A DNA stretch of 64,000 nucleotides from an uncultured Acidobacteriota bacterium (GCA_963777605.1 CAVZRV010000006.1:32001-96000), one strand, 5' to 3'. Numbered from the stretch's first letter, positions 27,412-39,073 are shown. The notes: generated by a model not told the origin, from the letters alone. Made by a program: numbers and translations.

Positions 27412-30015
27412 ATGCAGCCTGTCGACCGATTGTTAAGCCGTCCCCTTTTGGTCATGCTCCTGATCGGAGTCGTGCTCTCGGGAATCTGCCTGGGAATGGA
27501 GGATTCCAAACAGGAACAGGCAACTCCGCCCGAGCAGGACTCGGCGGAGATCGAGGCGACCGCCCAGCGGAATGAGAACGTCCCGGTCTATCAGCTCGAC
27601 ACCAACGAACAGCGAGAATTGAACAAAAGGATCGGAACCACCCCTGAAGCAATCGAAGAGTTCGAAATTGAAAAGAGCTACTATGCCTCGGAACTCGGCA
27701 ATTCCCCGGAGGACCCGCTTCAGTTGGAGGTCCCCGTGCCGGTCCAGGACTGGCATGGCGAGCTTTTCGCCAATCACCAGAACAGCGTTTTGAACAGCCG
27801 CACCTTTTTCCAGGTCGGCTCGGTCCAGCCCGCCCGGCAGAACAACTACGGATTCACGTTGGGCGGACCCGCGGCCTGGCTGGGAGATGTGACGGTCACA
27901 GCCGGGCAGGACAAAGTCCGGGGCATGGTCAACGGCAACGTCCTGGTTCCCCTCGAATCGGAACGGACCCCGCTCGCCACCGACCCCGAACTCCGGTCGA
28001 TTATCACCGATATCCTTCGCGCTTACCCCGAAGAAGCCCCCAATCGCGTCGACTTTGATCCGCGGGCACTCAACACCAACGCTCCCCAGCGAATCGACAC
28101 CACTCAGGCTACCCTGCGCCTCGACCGCGCCCTCGGGAAGACCCGCAACCTGGCGATTTCCTACTCGGTCGATCGGACCCTCATCGACGCGTTCCAGCTG
28201 GTCGCCGGACAGAATCCCGACACGGAACTTCACACCAACCGGGCTCATATCGCCTACGTATACGCCCCGTCGCCCAAGTCCACCCTTGAACTCGGCGTGA
28301 CCGTCCAGCGCGCCCGTTCCGTCCTCAAGGCAGAGCCGAATGCCTACCAGTCAGAAATTCGAATCAGTCACCAGATCGAAGACCTGGGTCCAAAGAGCGA
28401 GTTCCCCATCGACCGGGCCCAGAACAGCTTCACCTGGGGAGGGCTTTTCAGTCACGCGCCGGGGGCCGGCAACCACATTCTGAAACTGGGCGGCAACCTC
28501 ACCCGGGTTCAGTTGAACGGCATCGAAAGCAACTACCTCCGGGGATCTTTTCAGTTCAGCAACAGCTTTGGCCGAAGCGCCATCGAAAACCTGCGGTACG
28601 GGACCCCCAGCAAGTACATCGTGACTCTCGGAGATCCGTACCGGGCCTTCCGAAATTGGAGAGGGCAACTCTTTTTCGGCGACCAGTGGCGACTGACACC
28701 CAATCTGGAACTCAGCTACGGCCTGCGTTACAGCTTCGAAGCAAAGCCGGTCGAAGTCCACCAGATCAACGCCATCCCTTACTCCTGTGACTGCAACAAT
28801 CTCGCTCCCCGGCTCGCCTTTGCCTACCGTTTTGGTCAGAGTGCCGCAGTTTTGCGAGGTTCCTACACGGTTTCCTTCGGTCAGATTTTCCCGGTGACGT
28901 ATCAGCAGATTAGGAACAACGCCCCGGAACTCCGACAGTATCAGATCCAGAATCCCGATTTCCTTGACCCCCTGGGAGGAGTGGACCTGGGCGGTCTCGA
29001 ACCGCGCGTTGCTCCAACCCAGTTCAGCCCCGACCTGGTCACTCCCTATTCGCACCAGTACAACCTGAGTCTCGAACATCGGCTTGGGGAGTTCCACATC
29101 CGCTGGGCCTACATCGGAAGCCGGACCTTCAAGCTGCTGAAACCGTACGTCCTGAACCGCGCCGAAGTCGTCCCTGGAATCCCGCAGACTACGGAGACGA
29201 TTGACGAGCGCAGACCCGACGCCCGCTACTCGGAGGTATACTCCATCGCCAATGCGGGAGCAGCCTACCTGGATGCCGCACAGACCACGGTTCGGACCCC
29301 GAACGTGAAGGGGCTCGACATGACGGTGACCTACACCTTCAGCAAGGCCCTCGATACGGGGGCGGACTTCACCTCAACCGCGTCCGGAAGCGAGATCCGA
29401 GGCGGTCGAAACCAGAACCAGTACGAGGCGTTCTCCGATCTCAAAGGCCTGAGCACCTACGACTCACCTCACTCGTTCCTCCTTCTGTACACCTACACCA
29501 TCCCGGCCTGGCAAACCGGACTTTCATGGTTTGACGCGACCGTCAACGGCTGGCAAATCTCCGGTACCGCGATGGCCAAAAACGGTACGCCGTTCACGGT
29601 CTACGTCGGCTCCGACTCTCCCGGATATGGCAATGTCGACGGATCGGGAGGAGATCGACCCAGCATCCTCGATCCCGCCATTCTTGGCGGAGCGGCCACA
29701 GATCCCGACGCCTCGATTGCGTTGCTTCGCCCCGACCGGTTCGCTTTCGTTGAACCGGGACAACTGCGGGGCAATATCGGCCGATCCACCTTCCGCAAAG
29801 GTCCGATCAAGAATGTCAATCTCGCCCTAGGGCGGCAGTGGAGCCTGGGACAAAGTGAGACGCGCCTCAGCTTTCGGATGGAGGTTTACAACCTCACCAA
29901 TTCTCCCCAGTTCGATGAACCGCAAAGAATCCTCACCTCTTCCAGCTTTGGACGCATCACCAACACCCTCAACCAGGGGCGGGTCTTCCAGGGTGGTCTG
30001 CGATTGATGTTCTGA
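27412..30015 (+). CDS. Oar-like TonB-dependent outer-membrane receptor
   Basis: QNNYGFTLGGP, FFGDQWRLTPNLELSYGLRY, NNLAPRLAFAY and terminal RVFQGGLRLMF. Confidence 0.88.
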   Translation: MQPVDRLLSRPLLVMLLIGVVLSGICLGMEDSKQEQATPPEQDSAEIEATAQRNENVPVYQLDTNEQRELNKRIGTTPEAIEEFEIEKSYYASELGNSPEDPLQLEVPVPVQDWHGELFANHQNSVLNSRTFFQVGSVQPARQNNYGFTLGGPAAWLGDVTVTAGQDKVRGMVNGNVLVPLESERTPLATDPELRSIITDILRAYPEEAPNRVDFDPRALNTNAPQRIDTTQATLRLDRALGKTRNLAISYSVDRTLIDAFQLVAGQNPDTELHTNRAHIAYVYAPSPKSTLELGVTVQRARSVLKAEPNAYQSEIRISHQIEDLGPKSEFPIDRAQNSFTWGGLFSHAPGAGNHILKLGGNLTRVQLNGIESNYLRGSFQFSNSFGRSAIENLRYGTPSKYIVTLGDPYRAFRNWRGQLFFGDQWRLTPNLELSYGLRYSFEAKPVEVHQINAIPYSCDCNNLAPRLAFAYRFGQSAAVLRGSYTVSFGQIFPVTYQQIRNNAPELRQYQIQNPDFLDPLGGVDLGGLEPRVAPTQFSPDLVTPYSHQYNLSLEHRLGEFHIRWAYIGSRTFKLLKPYVLNRAEVVPGIPQTTETIDERRPDARYSEVYSIANAGAAYLDAAQTTVRTPNVKGLDMTVTYTFSKALDTGADFTSTASGSEIRGGRNQNQYEAFSDLKGLSTYDSPHSFLLLYTYTIPAWQTGLSWFDATVNGWQISGTAMAKNGTPFTVYVGSDSPGYGNVDGSGGDRPSILDPAILGGAATDPDASIALLRPDRFAFVEPGQLRGNIGRSTFRKGPIKNVNLALGRQWSLGQSETRLSFRMEVYNLTNSPQFDEPQRILTSSSFGRITNTLNQGRVFQGGLRLMF

Positions 30016-30039
30016 GTCTCTTGGGCGCGTGGCCGTGTC

Positions 30040-30297
30040 ACAGGCGTCCCCGCCTGTGACCATTGGAATGCATTTCATCGATTATCTGTGGTCACAGCCG
30101 GGATTTTGGTGCCCCCTCGTTGGAGGAGCGCAGACATCTTCACCTGTGACTCTGGGAACGCACTTCATGGTTTCTCTCTGGTCACGGCCGGGATTTTGGT
30201 GCCCCTTCGTTGGGAGGAGTGCAGGCATCCTCGCCTGTGACTCTGGGAACGCACTTTATGGTTTCTCTCTGGTCACGGCCGGGACGGCCGTGCCACC
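30040..30297. repeat. About three tandem, roughly 91-bp REP-like units
   Basis: CCTGTGAC...GGTCAC(A/G)GCCGGGA at about 30053, 30143 and 30234, each with an internal GTGAC/GTCAC palindrome. Confidence 0.85.
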
Positions 30298-33200
30298 TTC
30301 TTCAGCAAGGTTTCTGAAGAGTTTTTCCGGGGGAGTCTCGCGGTTGTTGAAAGGTCTCAAGTAGATCGTGTACTCGTACTTTTGGGGTAGCACCCGGTAG
30401 GGCTTGAGGGTTTTGATGGCCGTGCAGCCGACGCCGGAAACCGCATGGTCAACATTGAGGGTGATCCCCTCCCCCTTCTTCAGTTGATAGGGGTACTCCG
30501 CCCGGTAAAGGTTGTCGGTCGCAAAGTCGTGGGCGCTCACGTTGAGGAGATCGGTTCCCGCGAAGAAAAGCCCAACGCCATCGTCAGCAGTCAGGGTTCC
30601 CCAGCGGACATCAGTTCGATTTCCATAATCCTGGGGGATCAGATAGGGTTCATACATCTTCTCAATCACTGATGAGTAAACGCCTGTTTTTGCACCGCTT
30701 TTTCGATCCGGCCAGGTTTCGAACGGTCCTCGTCCAAACCAGGTCAACCGGCGCAGAGAGCTGTCGAGAATCGCCGAAACACCAACCCTCCCCAGCCAGT
30801 CGGGCATCTCTCCTTCGGGCTCAAGCGTGTGCGTTATCGAGACCCCTCCGTCGGGAAGGAAGCGGTATCGAAAACCGGAACGAAACCGGGTACTCCCCTC
30901 CGGGTTCTTCAACTCGGTTTCCACCCGGACCACCACCGCCCGCTCAGTCCGGGACTCAACCTCGAACTTTCTGACGGTCCGGGCCAGTGAGTCTATCCCG
31001 AGGGAGAACCACTGTTCCGCCATTCGCGGCTCTCCCCACGAGCGTTCGAACTCGTTCGCGACCGGAGGCCGGAATACGCTTTCCTGAAGGCCTCTTACGA
31101 TCAGTTCTCTGCCCTGCCATGTCAAAGATTTCAGAGACCCGGATCGCGGGTCCACGACCCAACGGTAAGACCCTCCTTCGATCGAAAGCCCCTCTGGTCG
31201 CGACATCACCCGGAATCTGGAACCGGGTGCGGAGCCAGGTTCTCCAGCCACCAGGGCGGGCGCGTTGAGAGGGATCTCTTCCCAAGCCACTTCGTGCCCT
31301 TCTCCGGCCCAAGGAGTAGCTTGACTCAGCAGGAACTGAACCAGGAGGCGATCCTGTCGGGCGCGATCGTCGTCAGTGGGGAGTGAAAAGGGGAGGTCAA
31401 TCTCGCGTGACTCTCCCGGTGCGAGGCTCACTTCAAGTTCTCCCGAATCGATCTTTCTTTCGTCGCGGTAAAGCGTCCATCGAGTCTGAAACTCCGAAAG
31501 ATTGGTGAACCCAAACCGGTTGGTAACCCGTATCCGGTTCGGGCGGGAATCGGAATGCGCGACACTGATCGGCTGCGGGCTCTTCTTCAGTTGCTGGAGT
31601 TCGGGTTGCGCCACCCGATCGGGCCAGACCAGTCCGTAACTGCGGGCCCCGATACCGAGCGAAAAGAAATCTCCCAGGTCCTTGAGAGTGTCGAAATTCA
31701 GATCCAGAACAATCTGTTTCTCATTTATTGCAGAACCTTTAGAGATCTCTTCTTCAGTTAAAGCACGAGCATAAATCCGGACGTTGTCGAAAGCGGCATC
31801 GACCAGGTACCCATCATGCTCCTGCCCAATCATGTCCGCCTTTCTCCCCACGTTCACGGCAAATGCCGAGCGGTCGATGGGGCCAGAATGGCTCCTCGTT
31901 GCGGCGGGGTTGCCGTCAATGTAGAGGCAAAGCCCTGTCCCGTCATAGACGCCGCTGAGTCGGTGCCAACCATAGCTCCAGCCGGCGGGAATGGGTGCTT
32001 CCGCAGAAATCTCATTTCCGTCACTTTGGATGTAGAACAGCAGGGTCTGTTCGTCCTTCTGGATCAGGCCGTAGGCTCCCTCTCCCTTGTTCAGAAACCA
32101 CCCGTGTCCGGTCCACTTCCGAGGATAGACCCAGAAATCCAGGGTCAGCCCCGGTTTTCGGATGTCCAGCGCAGGATCCCGGTAGACCTCCAGGAAGTCG
32201 TCCTGTCCGCTCAACGACAGGGCGTTTCCGAACCTGCCGACGACGAGTCGGGCCCGGCCCATCAAGATGCCGTCGTTTTGCCGCGGTGAGGTGTCCGGGG
32301 CAAGTCGCACCTTTTCCCGAATACCAGGACTAACCCAATCCCATATCGCCCCGCCGGTCAGGCGCGGATAGCGCCAAATCAGGTTCCAGTACTCGTCCAA
32401 CCCGCCGAGTCCGTTGCCGGCAACCGAAATGTACTCGTCCATGAATGACGGCCGGGGATCGACCGAAGCCGGTGCCTTGGCGACGACTTCTTCGAGAACT
32501 CGAGGGGTGGGATAGCGGGGACCGACGATGTCCTCACAGCGGGTGGGATGCCAGGCGTTGGGATCGTCGCCCGTGGAGTCGTTGTTGCCACCGTACATCC
32601 AGCCCGGTCGGCTCGGGTCGATCCGCTTTCCCTCGGCAATGAGCGCGCAGATGTTGTCTCCTGATCCACTTTCGTTCCCGGCACTCCAGATGATGACACT
32701 GGGATGGTTGCGGTCGCGAAAGACCATCTGACGAGCCCGATCGACGTACGCATCTCTCCAGGCCGGATCCTCGGAGAGCTCTTCAGTGGCATGGGCCTCG
32801 TCCCCGGTCTCGTCAATAATGTACATTCCCAGTTCGTCGGCCAGTTCCAGGTAGGCGGGAGGCGGCGGGTAGTGGGAGGTTCGAACCAGGTTCACGTTGA
32901 ACTGCTTCATCAGCACGAGATCTTTGCGCATGGTCTCCGGATCCACGGCCCGGCCAGTGTCGGGGTGATGCATGTGGCTGTTCACGCCATTGAACTTCAC
33001 CGCTCTACCGTTGATGAGCACCTGTTGGTCACGAATTTCCACCTCGCGAAAGCCGAACCGAAGCGGTATAGCTTCCAGGGTGCTTCCCCTCTCGTCAACC
33101 AGCTCCGCAACCAGGCGGTAGAGGTTCGGTTTCTCGGCGCTCCACTGCCTGGGTTGGGAAACCAGCGCCTCCCATTTCGCGTGGACCTGGTTTCCCCGAC

Positions 33201-34086
33201 CGCCAACCGCAATTTCCTGGGTCACCCCTTCAACAACGCTCTCTCCGTCCGACAACACCCTGAACCGAAGCGAAATCCGGCGGTCCGCCTCTCCATGGTT
33301 GACCAGCGTCGAATCAATGCTGAGCCTGGCATCCTGATAGCTCGCGTCGAAGTCGGTCACTACGGCGAGATCCCGGAGATAGACCGAGGGACGGGCGACC
33401 AGGGTGACGTCACGGAAGATTCCAGACAACCTCCACATGTCCTGGTCCTCAAGGTAAGTCCCATCGGAGAACCGAAAGACCTGGACCGCGATCAGGTTGG
33501 CGCCCTGGCGAATGTACGGTGTGACGCGAAACTCGGCCGGCTCCATTCCACCTTCGTTGTAGCCGACCATTTTGCCGTTGATCCAGATGTAGGCGGCCGA
33601 TTTCACTCCCTCGAAACGGAGGACGACTTCTCGCCCGTTCCAGTCCGCGGGAATAAAGAAGGTTCGGCGATAGCTGCCCACGGGATTGAACTCGGAAGGG
33701 ACCCGGGGCGGGTCGGCCGGAAACGGCTGGTGTACGTTGCGAAACTTCGGGTAGCCAAAGCCCTGCATCTGCCAGCAGCCCGGAACCTGGATCCCCGGCC
33801 AGAGACCGTCATCGTACCCCTCCCGGTAGAACTCGGCCGGAGCTTCCTCGGGAATTGGCGCCCACTGGAACTTCCACTCCCCGTTGAGAGACTGCACCCG
33901 GTCGGAGCCGGCTGGGCGGGATGCCAGGGCAAGGTCAAGTGACTCGAAAGGAGTCAGGCTTGCGTGAGGCCGCAACTGATTCCGTTCGAAGACGGCGGGA
34001 TTTTCCCAGTCTCTGGGTGGAGCCTGGGCAGCAAGTCCGGCGATTGACGCCAGAAGAAGGAGAGAAAGACCAAGAAGGGCTCGCAT
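30256..34086 (-). CDS. lacZ: GH2 beta-galactosidase with signal peptide and LamG insertion
   Basis: DWENPAVF, LRFEGVKSA, EDQDMWRLSGIFRDV, VRTSHYP, RDRNHPSVIIWSAGNE and PQDYGNRTDVRW. Confidence 0.92.
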   Translation of the reverse strand: MRALLGLSLLLLASIAGLAAQAPPRDWENPAVFERNQLRPHASLTPFESLDLALASRPAGSDRVQSLNGEWKFQWAPIPEEAPAEFYREGYDDGLWPGIQVPGCWQMQGFGYPKFRNVHQPFPADPPRVPSEFNPVGSYRRTFFIPADWNGREVVLRFEGVKSAAYIWINGKMVGYNEGGMEPAEFRVTPYIRQGANLIAVQVFRFSDGTYLEDQDMWRLSGIFRDVTLVARPSVYLRDLAVVTDFDASYQDARLSIDSTLVNHGEADRRISLRFRVLSDGESVVEGVTQEIAVGGRGNQVHAKWEALVSQPRQWSAEKPNLYRLVAELVDERGSTLEAIPLRFGFREVEIRDQQVLINGRAVKFNGVNSHMHHPDTGRAVDPETMRKDLVLMKQFNVNLVRTSHYPPPPAYLELADELGMYIIDETGDEAHATEELSEDPAWRDAYVDRARQMVFRDRNHPSVIIWSAGNESGSGDNICALIAEGKRIDPSRPGWMYGGNNDSTGDDPNAWHPTRCEDIVGPRYPTPRVLEEVVAKAPASVDPRPSFMDEYISVAGNGLGGLDEYWNLIWRYPRLTGGAIWDWVSPGIREKVRLAPDTSPRQNDGILMGRARLVVGRFGNALSLSGQDDFLEVYRDPALDIRKPGLTLDFWVYPRKWTGHGWFLNKGEGAYGLIQKDEQTLLFYIQSDGNEISAEAPIPAGWSYGWHRLSGVYDGTGLCLYIDGNPAATRSHSGPIDRSAFAVNVGRKADMIGQEHDGYLVDAAFDNVRIYARALTEEEISKGSAINEKQIVLDLNFDTLKDLGDFFSLGIGARSYGLVWPDRVAQPELQQLKKSPQPISVAHSDSRPNRIRVTNRFGFTNLSEFQTRWTLYRDERKIDSGELEVSLAPGESREIDLPFSLPTDDDRARQDRLLVQFLLSQATPWAGEGHEVAWEEIPLNAPALVAGEPGSAPGSRFRVMSRPEGLSIEGGSYRWVVDPRSGSLKSLTWQGRELIVRGLQESVFRPPVANEFERSWGEPRMAEQWFSLGIDSLARTVRKFEVESRTERAVVVRVETELKNPEGSTRFRSGFRYRFLPDGGVSITHTLEPEGEMPDWLGRVGVSAILDSSLRRLTWFGRGPFETWPDRKSGAKTGVYSSVIEKMYEPYLIPQDYGNRTDVRWGTLTADDGVGLFFAGTDLLNVSAHDFATDNLYRAEYPYQLKKGEGITLNVDHAVSGVGCTAIKTLKPYRVLPQKYEYTIYLRPFNNRETPPEKLFRNLAEEGGTAVPAVTREKP

Positions 34087-34283
34087 AACCACGGGTGTAA
34101 CACATTCCCAGTGAGGTTGAAATGGTCGAGGTAGTCCTGGTGTCCTGCCTGGTTTGTGCATCGGGCAGCTTGCCCGGTGGTGGAGGTGAGTGTTCCAAGG
34201 GCGCCGGGCAAGGCTGCCCGGCGGAAACTCCAGGCTAGGCAGCCTGGACTACCCTGGTGAGGTGTCGCGCTGGGAAGTGTGGC

Positions 34284-34760
34284 CTATTTTGGTGGCTCGT
34301 TGGAAATTGTGCGGCGAAGCATATAGAGGATCAGGCAACCCATCAGGGCACCTATCAGGGTTTCGAGTCCGATGCCCATGGTGAGATGCCCGATGATGTG
34401 ACGGGAATGGCCGGGGTCACCCGGGACCGAGTACTCGGGTGCCGAGTAGACATTCTGGATTCCGGTCAGGACAGTAAAAGCCACCGCAGCGACGATCAGG
34501 AGTTGCCCCCAGGTCACCAGAAGGAACGCCGCCACGACCACGTTGGTGTAGCCGCCAAAGCGCTTGGTGCGGATGAGCAGTGTCGCCAGGATGATACAGA
34601 TCGGAACGAAGACGCTGATGCTCATTGCCCGAACAACCGCCACGGGCATGCCCGGAATGGCGGCGGTTAGGAGGCGAAGCAGCCAGACTGCGGCAATCAC
34701 CGCAAAGAGGGGAGCCAGGAGCTTAAGATGTTCACGAAAAGCGTGTTGGCCAATTCTCAT
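34284..34760 (-). CDS. Four-TM membrane protein
   Basis: Hydrophobic segments; coupled to the phosphatase gene. Confidence 0.7.
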   Translation of the reverse strand: MRIGQHAFREHLKLLAPLFAVIAAVWLLRLLTAAIPGMPVAVVRAMSISVFVPICIILATLLIRTKRFGGYTNVVVAAFLLVTWGQLLIVAAVAFTVLTGIQNVYSAPEYSVPGDPGHSRHIIGHLTMGIGLETLIGALMGCLILYMLRRTISNEPPK

Positions 34761-35779
34761 CCTTGATTCTCCTCGGAGGCGGCTGGCCCCCCCTGGTCTC
34801 CGGGGTCCGGAGTCCTCCCAGGAACCCGTACCTCCGCTTCCTCCGGCGGTCCCATCAGCCGGACTTCGTCATCGATCCGGACCATCAAAAGAGTCATGTC
34901 ATCGTCCGGGTCCTTTCGCGTCCAATGACTTACCGCTTCCAGCACCGCTTTCTGCATCTCTCTCAGGGCACGATCTCGCGATGACTCCAGGACCGCCTCC
35001 AGCCGCTCAACTCCGAATTCCTCATCTGACTCGTCATGGGCTTCCACGATACCGTCCGAGTAGAGCACGATGGTCTCCCCGGTTCGCAAACCGATCCTCC
35101 CCGACTGGTATTTCACACCCGAGAAGAGACCAAGCGGAGGTCCTCCCTGATCCGGCAGGGTGTCAGTCGCCCCCAGGATGACAGGGAGTTGGTGGCCGGC
35201 GTTTACGTACTCCATCCACGGATCTCCCGGGCGCCACTGGGCAACGAAGAACGTGGCGAACTTTCCGGAATTGGTAAAGCTCGAGATGTGATCGTTGAGT
35301 CGGATGCAAACCTCGGAAAGGGACTCGTGGGTCTCGATGAGGGCTCGGAAATGGGCCTGGACGTTGGCCATCAGGATGGCCGCCGAGACGCCCTTTCCGC
35401 TGATGTCGGCAAGGCAGACCGCGATCCGGCCATCCGGGCACTCCACGATGTCATAGAAGTCTCCGCTGATACTCTGGGCTGGGATGCAGATCGCCGAGAA
35501 GCTGAGACCCCGGTCGCTCGGAAAGGAACGGGGAAAGAGGGCGGCCTGCACTTCACGGGCGAAGGTCAACTCGGCGTCCTTTCGAGCCAGTTCGCGGCGG
35601 CTGTGTTTGAGCTCGAGTTGAACCCGGTAGAGGGAAACCAGCAACACGGCTACCGCGGCCGTGGCACCGAAAGTGATCCCCCAGGTGAGAACAATAGATG
35701 ACGGAAGCTGGTCCCGGCCAACGATGAGCAGGGCACCGGAGATCAGCAGAAAACCAAGCAAGTATGCAGTGTCTTTCAC
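34757..35779 (-). CDS. Membrane-anchored PP2C/SpoIIE (RsbU-like) phosphatase
   Basis: ISGDFYD, LADISGKGVSAA, VNAGH, LYSDGIVEA and DDMT. Confidence 0.92.
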   Translation of the reverse strand: MKDTAYLLGFLLISGALLIVGRDQLPSSIVLTWGITFGATAAVAVLLVSLYRVQLELKHSRRELARKDAELTFAREVQAALFPRSFPSDRGLSFSAICIPAQSISGDFYDIVECPDGRIAVCLADISGKGVSAAILMANVQAHFRALIETHESLSEVCIRLNDHISSFTNSGKFATFFVAQWRPGDPWMEYVNAGHQLPVILGATDTLPDQGGPPLGLFSGVKYQSGRIGLRTGETIVLYSDGIVEAHDESDEEFGVERLEAVLESSRDRALREMQKAVLEAVSHWTRKDPDDDMTLLMVRIDDEVRLMGPPEEAEVRVPGRTPDPGDQGGPAASEENQG

Positions 35780-35791
35780 CGGATTCCGCCC

Positions 35792-36148
35792 TCATCAAAG
35801 CTGTCGATGTGGAAAACCAGGTCTCCGATCTGGCGGTGCATCTCGGCGATTGCCCGCCGCGAGACCGACACGTAGTCCCGACCCTGAGTTAACCGGTTGG
35901 ACAGCGTGTCGGAGGCAAACTCGAGATCAGGCATGTAATTATCCACTATGCCTTCGAGTCACCTAAGGTTTCCCGCCGGCTCGTATCCCGATTCCACAAT
36001 TTCCCGCTTCGTCCCGGAGTCGGCGGGTTCTGCAACTCCGGGGACACAGGGAACAGTTCTCGATCCGCTCGACGGCCCGATCACGCCGCCGGGCGAGTTC
36101 TCCGGACCAGCTCAATTCGATGTACCCGAGCGATGACCGGCTTTCCAT
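35792..36148 (-). pseudogene. PflX-like radical SAM remnant with large internal deletion
   Basis: [13 protein letters not shown]...CSLCPRSC...GNCGIG, stop, then [16 protein letters not shown]...AAIAEMHRQIGDL. Confidence 0.7.
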
Positions 36149-36213
36149 TCCACCCACTCTATTGGACTCCGGGCGCTGTTGAAATAAGCGCACCGCTACA
36201 ATATATTCCTGAC

Positions 36214-39066
36214 GTGAGAACGCAAGACACGACATCCAGCGCATTTGCTTCCCGACATATTGGCCCCCGCGAACGGGACATCCACGAGATGCTCCGCCTT
36301 CTCGGAGTTTCGTCCCTGGAAGAGCTCACCGAACAGGCGGTTCCGGAATCGATTCGGCTCACCGCTCGCCTGGACCTCCCTGCCCCGCTCAGCGAGACGG
36401 AAGCCCTCGCCGCGTTGCGCAGAATGGCGGACAAGAACGAGTGTTACCGGTCGCTTATCGGCCAGGGTTATTTCAACTGCATCACCCCACCGGTAATCCA
36501 GCGCAATATCCTGGAGTCCCCCGGCTGGTACACCCAGTACACTCCCTACCAGGCCGAGATTTCCCAGGGTCGCCTGGAAGCGCTCCTGAATTTCCAGACT
36601 ATGATTTGTGATCTCACGGGGATGGAATTGGCAAACTCCTCCCTGCTCGACGAGGGAACAGCTGCCGGAGAGTCCCTCTCCATGGCGTATTCCGCAAGGG
36701 GAGACGAAACCCGAAATCGTTTCTTTGTTTCTTCCGACTGCCACCCGCAGACTATCGACGTGATGAAAACCCGGGCTCACGGGCTTCCGGTGGAGATCGT
36801 TGTTGGAGAGATCGACGAATTGATTCCCGACTCGAGGCTGTTCGGTGTACTCATTCAGTACCCCGGAAGCGACGGTGTCCTCCGCGACTACGAATCGATT
36901 GCACGGCGCGTCCGCGAGGCGGGAGCCCTGGTTGTGGTGGCATCCGACCTGCTCAGTCTCACCCTCCTCCGGACACCGGCGGCCTGGGGGGCCGACATCG
37001 TTTTGGGGAACAGCCAGCGCTTTGGAGTCCCACTCGGATTCGGTGGCCCGCACGCCGCCTTCTTTGCGACTCGTGACGAATTCAAGCGCCTGCTTCCGGG
37101 CCGGATCGTCGGAGTTTCCCGCGATTCTCAGGATCGCCCGTCGTTGCGGCTGGCCCTGCAGACCCGAGAACAGCACATTCGCCGGGAGAAGGCGACGAGC
37201 AATATCTGCACGGCCCAGGTCCTGCTCGCCATCATGGCCTCGATGTACGCGGTCTATCACGGGCCCGACGGGCTTCGCGCAATCGCCCGCCGTGTCCACC
37301 AACTGACTTCCCGGCTGGCACGAAAACTTGAAGAACTGGGAGTGGAGATCGTCCACCGGGAGTTTTTCGATACCCTGCGGCTCCGCCGGGTTGATTCGGA
37401 AGGAGTCCGGCAACGTTGCCGGGAGCGGAAGGTCAACCTTCGCTATTTTGATGACGGGACGGTCGGAGTCTCTCTCGATGAAACGGTCACGGAGGCCGAA
37501 CTCTCGGCGCTGACCTGGGTCTTGACCGCCCAGGAATCGAACGTACCCGACGTCGAACCCGATTTCGCGATCCCCGAGACTCTGCGGCGCACCTCCGATC
37601 TCCTCACCCACCCCGTGTTCAACCGCTACCACTCCGAGACCGAGTTCCTTCGCTACGTCAACCGGCTGCAGCGCCGGGACCTCTCCCTCACTTCGTCCAT
37701 GATCCCGCTTGGATCCTGCACGATGAAGCTCAACGCCACGGCGGAAATGATGCCCATCTCGTGGCCGGAGTGGAGTTCCATTCACCCCTTCGCACCGGCC
37801 GACCAGACCGCCGGGTACCGGGAACTGATCGAGGACCTGGAAAGACTGCTTGCCAAGATTACCGGCATGGACGCGGTATCGCTTCAGCCCAACTCGGGCG
37901 CCCAGGGCGAGTACGCGGGACTCATGACGATCGCCGGCTACCTCGAGGCGAAGGGGGATGGTCACCGCCGGATCTGCCTCATCCCGCAGTCGGCACACGG
38001 AACGAACCCGGCCAGCGCCGTAATGGCCGGGATGAAGGTCGTCACCGTCCGCTGTCGAGAAAACGGCGACATCGACGTTGAACACCTTACCCAGATGGCC
38101 GACCGCCATGCGTCTGAACTGGCCGCTCTGATGGTGACTTATCCGTCGACTCACGGGGTCTTCGAGGAGTCGATCCGGGATATCTGCTCGATCATTCACG
38201 ACCGCGGTGGACAGGTCTACCTGGACGGAGCCAACATGAACGCCTTGGTGGCGGTCTGCTCGCCAGGTGATTTTGGTGCCGACGTCTGCCACTTGAACTT
38301 GCACAAAACGTTTGCCATTCCCCACGGCGGCGGAGGTCCCGGGGTCGGTCCCATCGCGGCCAAGGTTCACCTTGCCCCATTCCTCCCTGGCCATCGCGAT
38401 CTTCCCCGGAAAGAAGGTGCCGTCTGCTCGGCGCCCTACGGCTCCGCCGGTGTACTCCCGATCTCCTGGGCCTACATTCGCATGATGGGGGAGAGCGGCC
38501 TTCGGCGGGCGACTCAGGTAGCGATTCTCAATGCAAACTACCTGGTCCGGCGCCTGGACACCTATTTCCCGGTTCTCTTCAAGGGCCGTAACGGGATGGT
38601 AGCGCACGAATGCATCCTCGATTGCCGGAACTTCAAGAAGACTGTGGGAATCACCGTCTCGGACATCGCGAAGCGGTTGATGGACTACGGCTTCCACGCC
38701 CCGACGATTTCCTGGCCGGTCGTCGAAACCGTCATGGTGGAACCAACCGAAAGCGAGTCAACGGAGGAGCTTGATCGCTTTTGCGAAGCCATGATTTCGA
38801 TTCGGAACGAGATTGAGGAAATCGCACAGGGTGTGGCCGACCCCCACAACAACGTGCTCAAGAACGCACCCCACACTGCGACCATGGTGACGGCCGACGA
38901 CTGGCAGCATCCCTACTCCCGGGAGAAAGCCGCTTTCCCGGTTGAAGCCCTGCGGGAAAATAAGTTCTGGACGGTGTGTGGGCGGATTGACGACACTTAC
39001 GGCGATCGGCACCTGTTCTGTGCATGCGTCCCGGTTCAGGGATTTGCCGCCGTCGATGCGGAGTAA
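36214..39066 (+). CDS. gcvP: Glycine dehydrogenase (decarboxylating), P protein
   Basis: [52 protein letters not shown] and HLNLHKTF; start approximate. Confidence 0.97.
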   Translation: MRTQDTTSSAFASRHIGPRERDIHEMLRLLGVSSLEELTEQAVPESIRLTARLDLPAPLSETEALAALRRMADKNECYRSLIGQGYFNCITPPVIQRNILESPGWYTQYTPYQAEISQGRLEALLNFQTMICDLTGMELANSSLLDEGTAAGESLSMAYSARGDETRNRFFVSSDCHPQTIDVMKTRAHGLPVEIVVGEIDELIPDSRLFGVLIQYPGSDGVLRDYESIARRVREAGALVVVASDLLSLTLLRTPAAWGADIVLGNSQRFGVPLGFGGPHAAFFATRDEFKRLLPGRIVGVSRDSQDRPSLRLALQTREQHIRREKATSNICTAQVLLAIMASMYAVYHGPDGLRAIARRVHQLTSRLARKLEELGVEIVHREFFDTLRLRRVDSEGVRQRCRERKVNLRYFDDGTVGVSLDETVTEAELSALTWVLTAQESNVPDVEPDFAIPETLRRTSDLLTHPVFNRYHSETEFLRYVNRLQRRDLSLTSSMIPLGSCTMKLNATAEMMPISWPEWSSIHPFAPADQTAGYRELIEDLERLLAKITGMDAVSLQPNSGAQGEYAGLMTIAGYLEAKGDGHRRICLIPQSAHGTNPASAVMAGMKVVTVRCRENGDIDVEHLTQMADRHASELAALMVTYPSTHGVFEESIRDICSIIHDRGGQVYLDGANMNALVAVCSPGDFGADVCHLNLHKTFAIPHGGGGPGVGPIAAKVHLAPFLPGHRDLPRKEGAVCSAPYGSAGVLPISWAYIRMMGESGLRRATQVAILNANYLVRRLDTYFPVLFKGRNGMVAHECILDCRNFKKTVGITVSDIAKRLMDYGFHAPTISWPVVETVMVEPTESESTEELDRFCEAMISIRNEIEEIAQGVADPHNNVLKNAPHTATMVTADDWQHPYSREKAAFPVEALRENKFWTVCGRIDDTYGDRHLFCACVPVQGFAAVDAE

Positions 39067-39073
39067 CGGTCGG

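Noticed and set aside
30040-30297. Possible CRISPR array
   Set aside because: Whole units, including the would-be spacers, are near-identical, and no cas genes are present.
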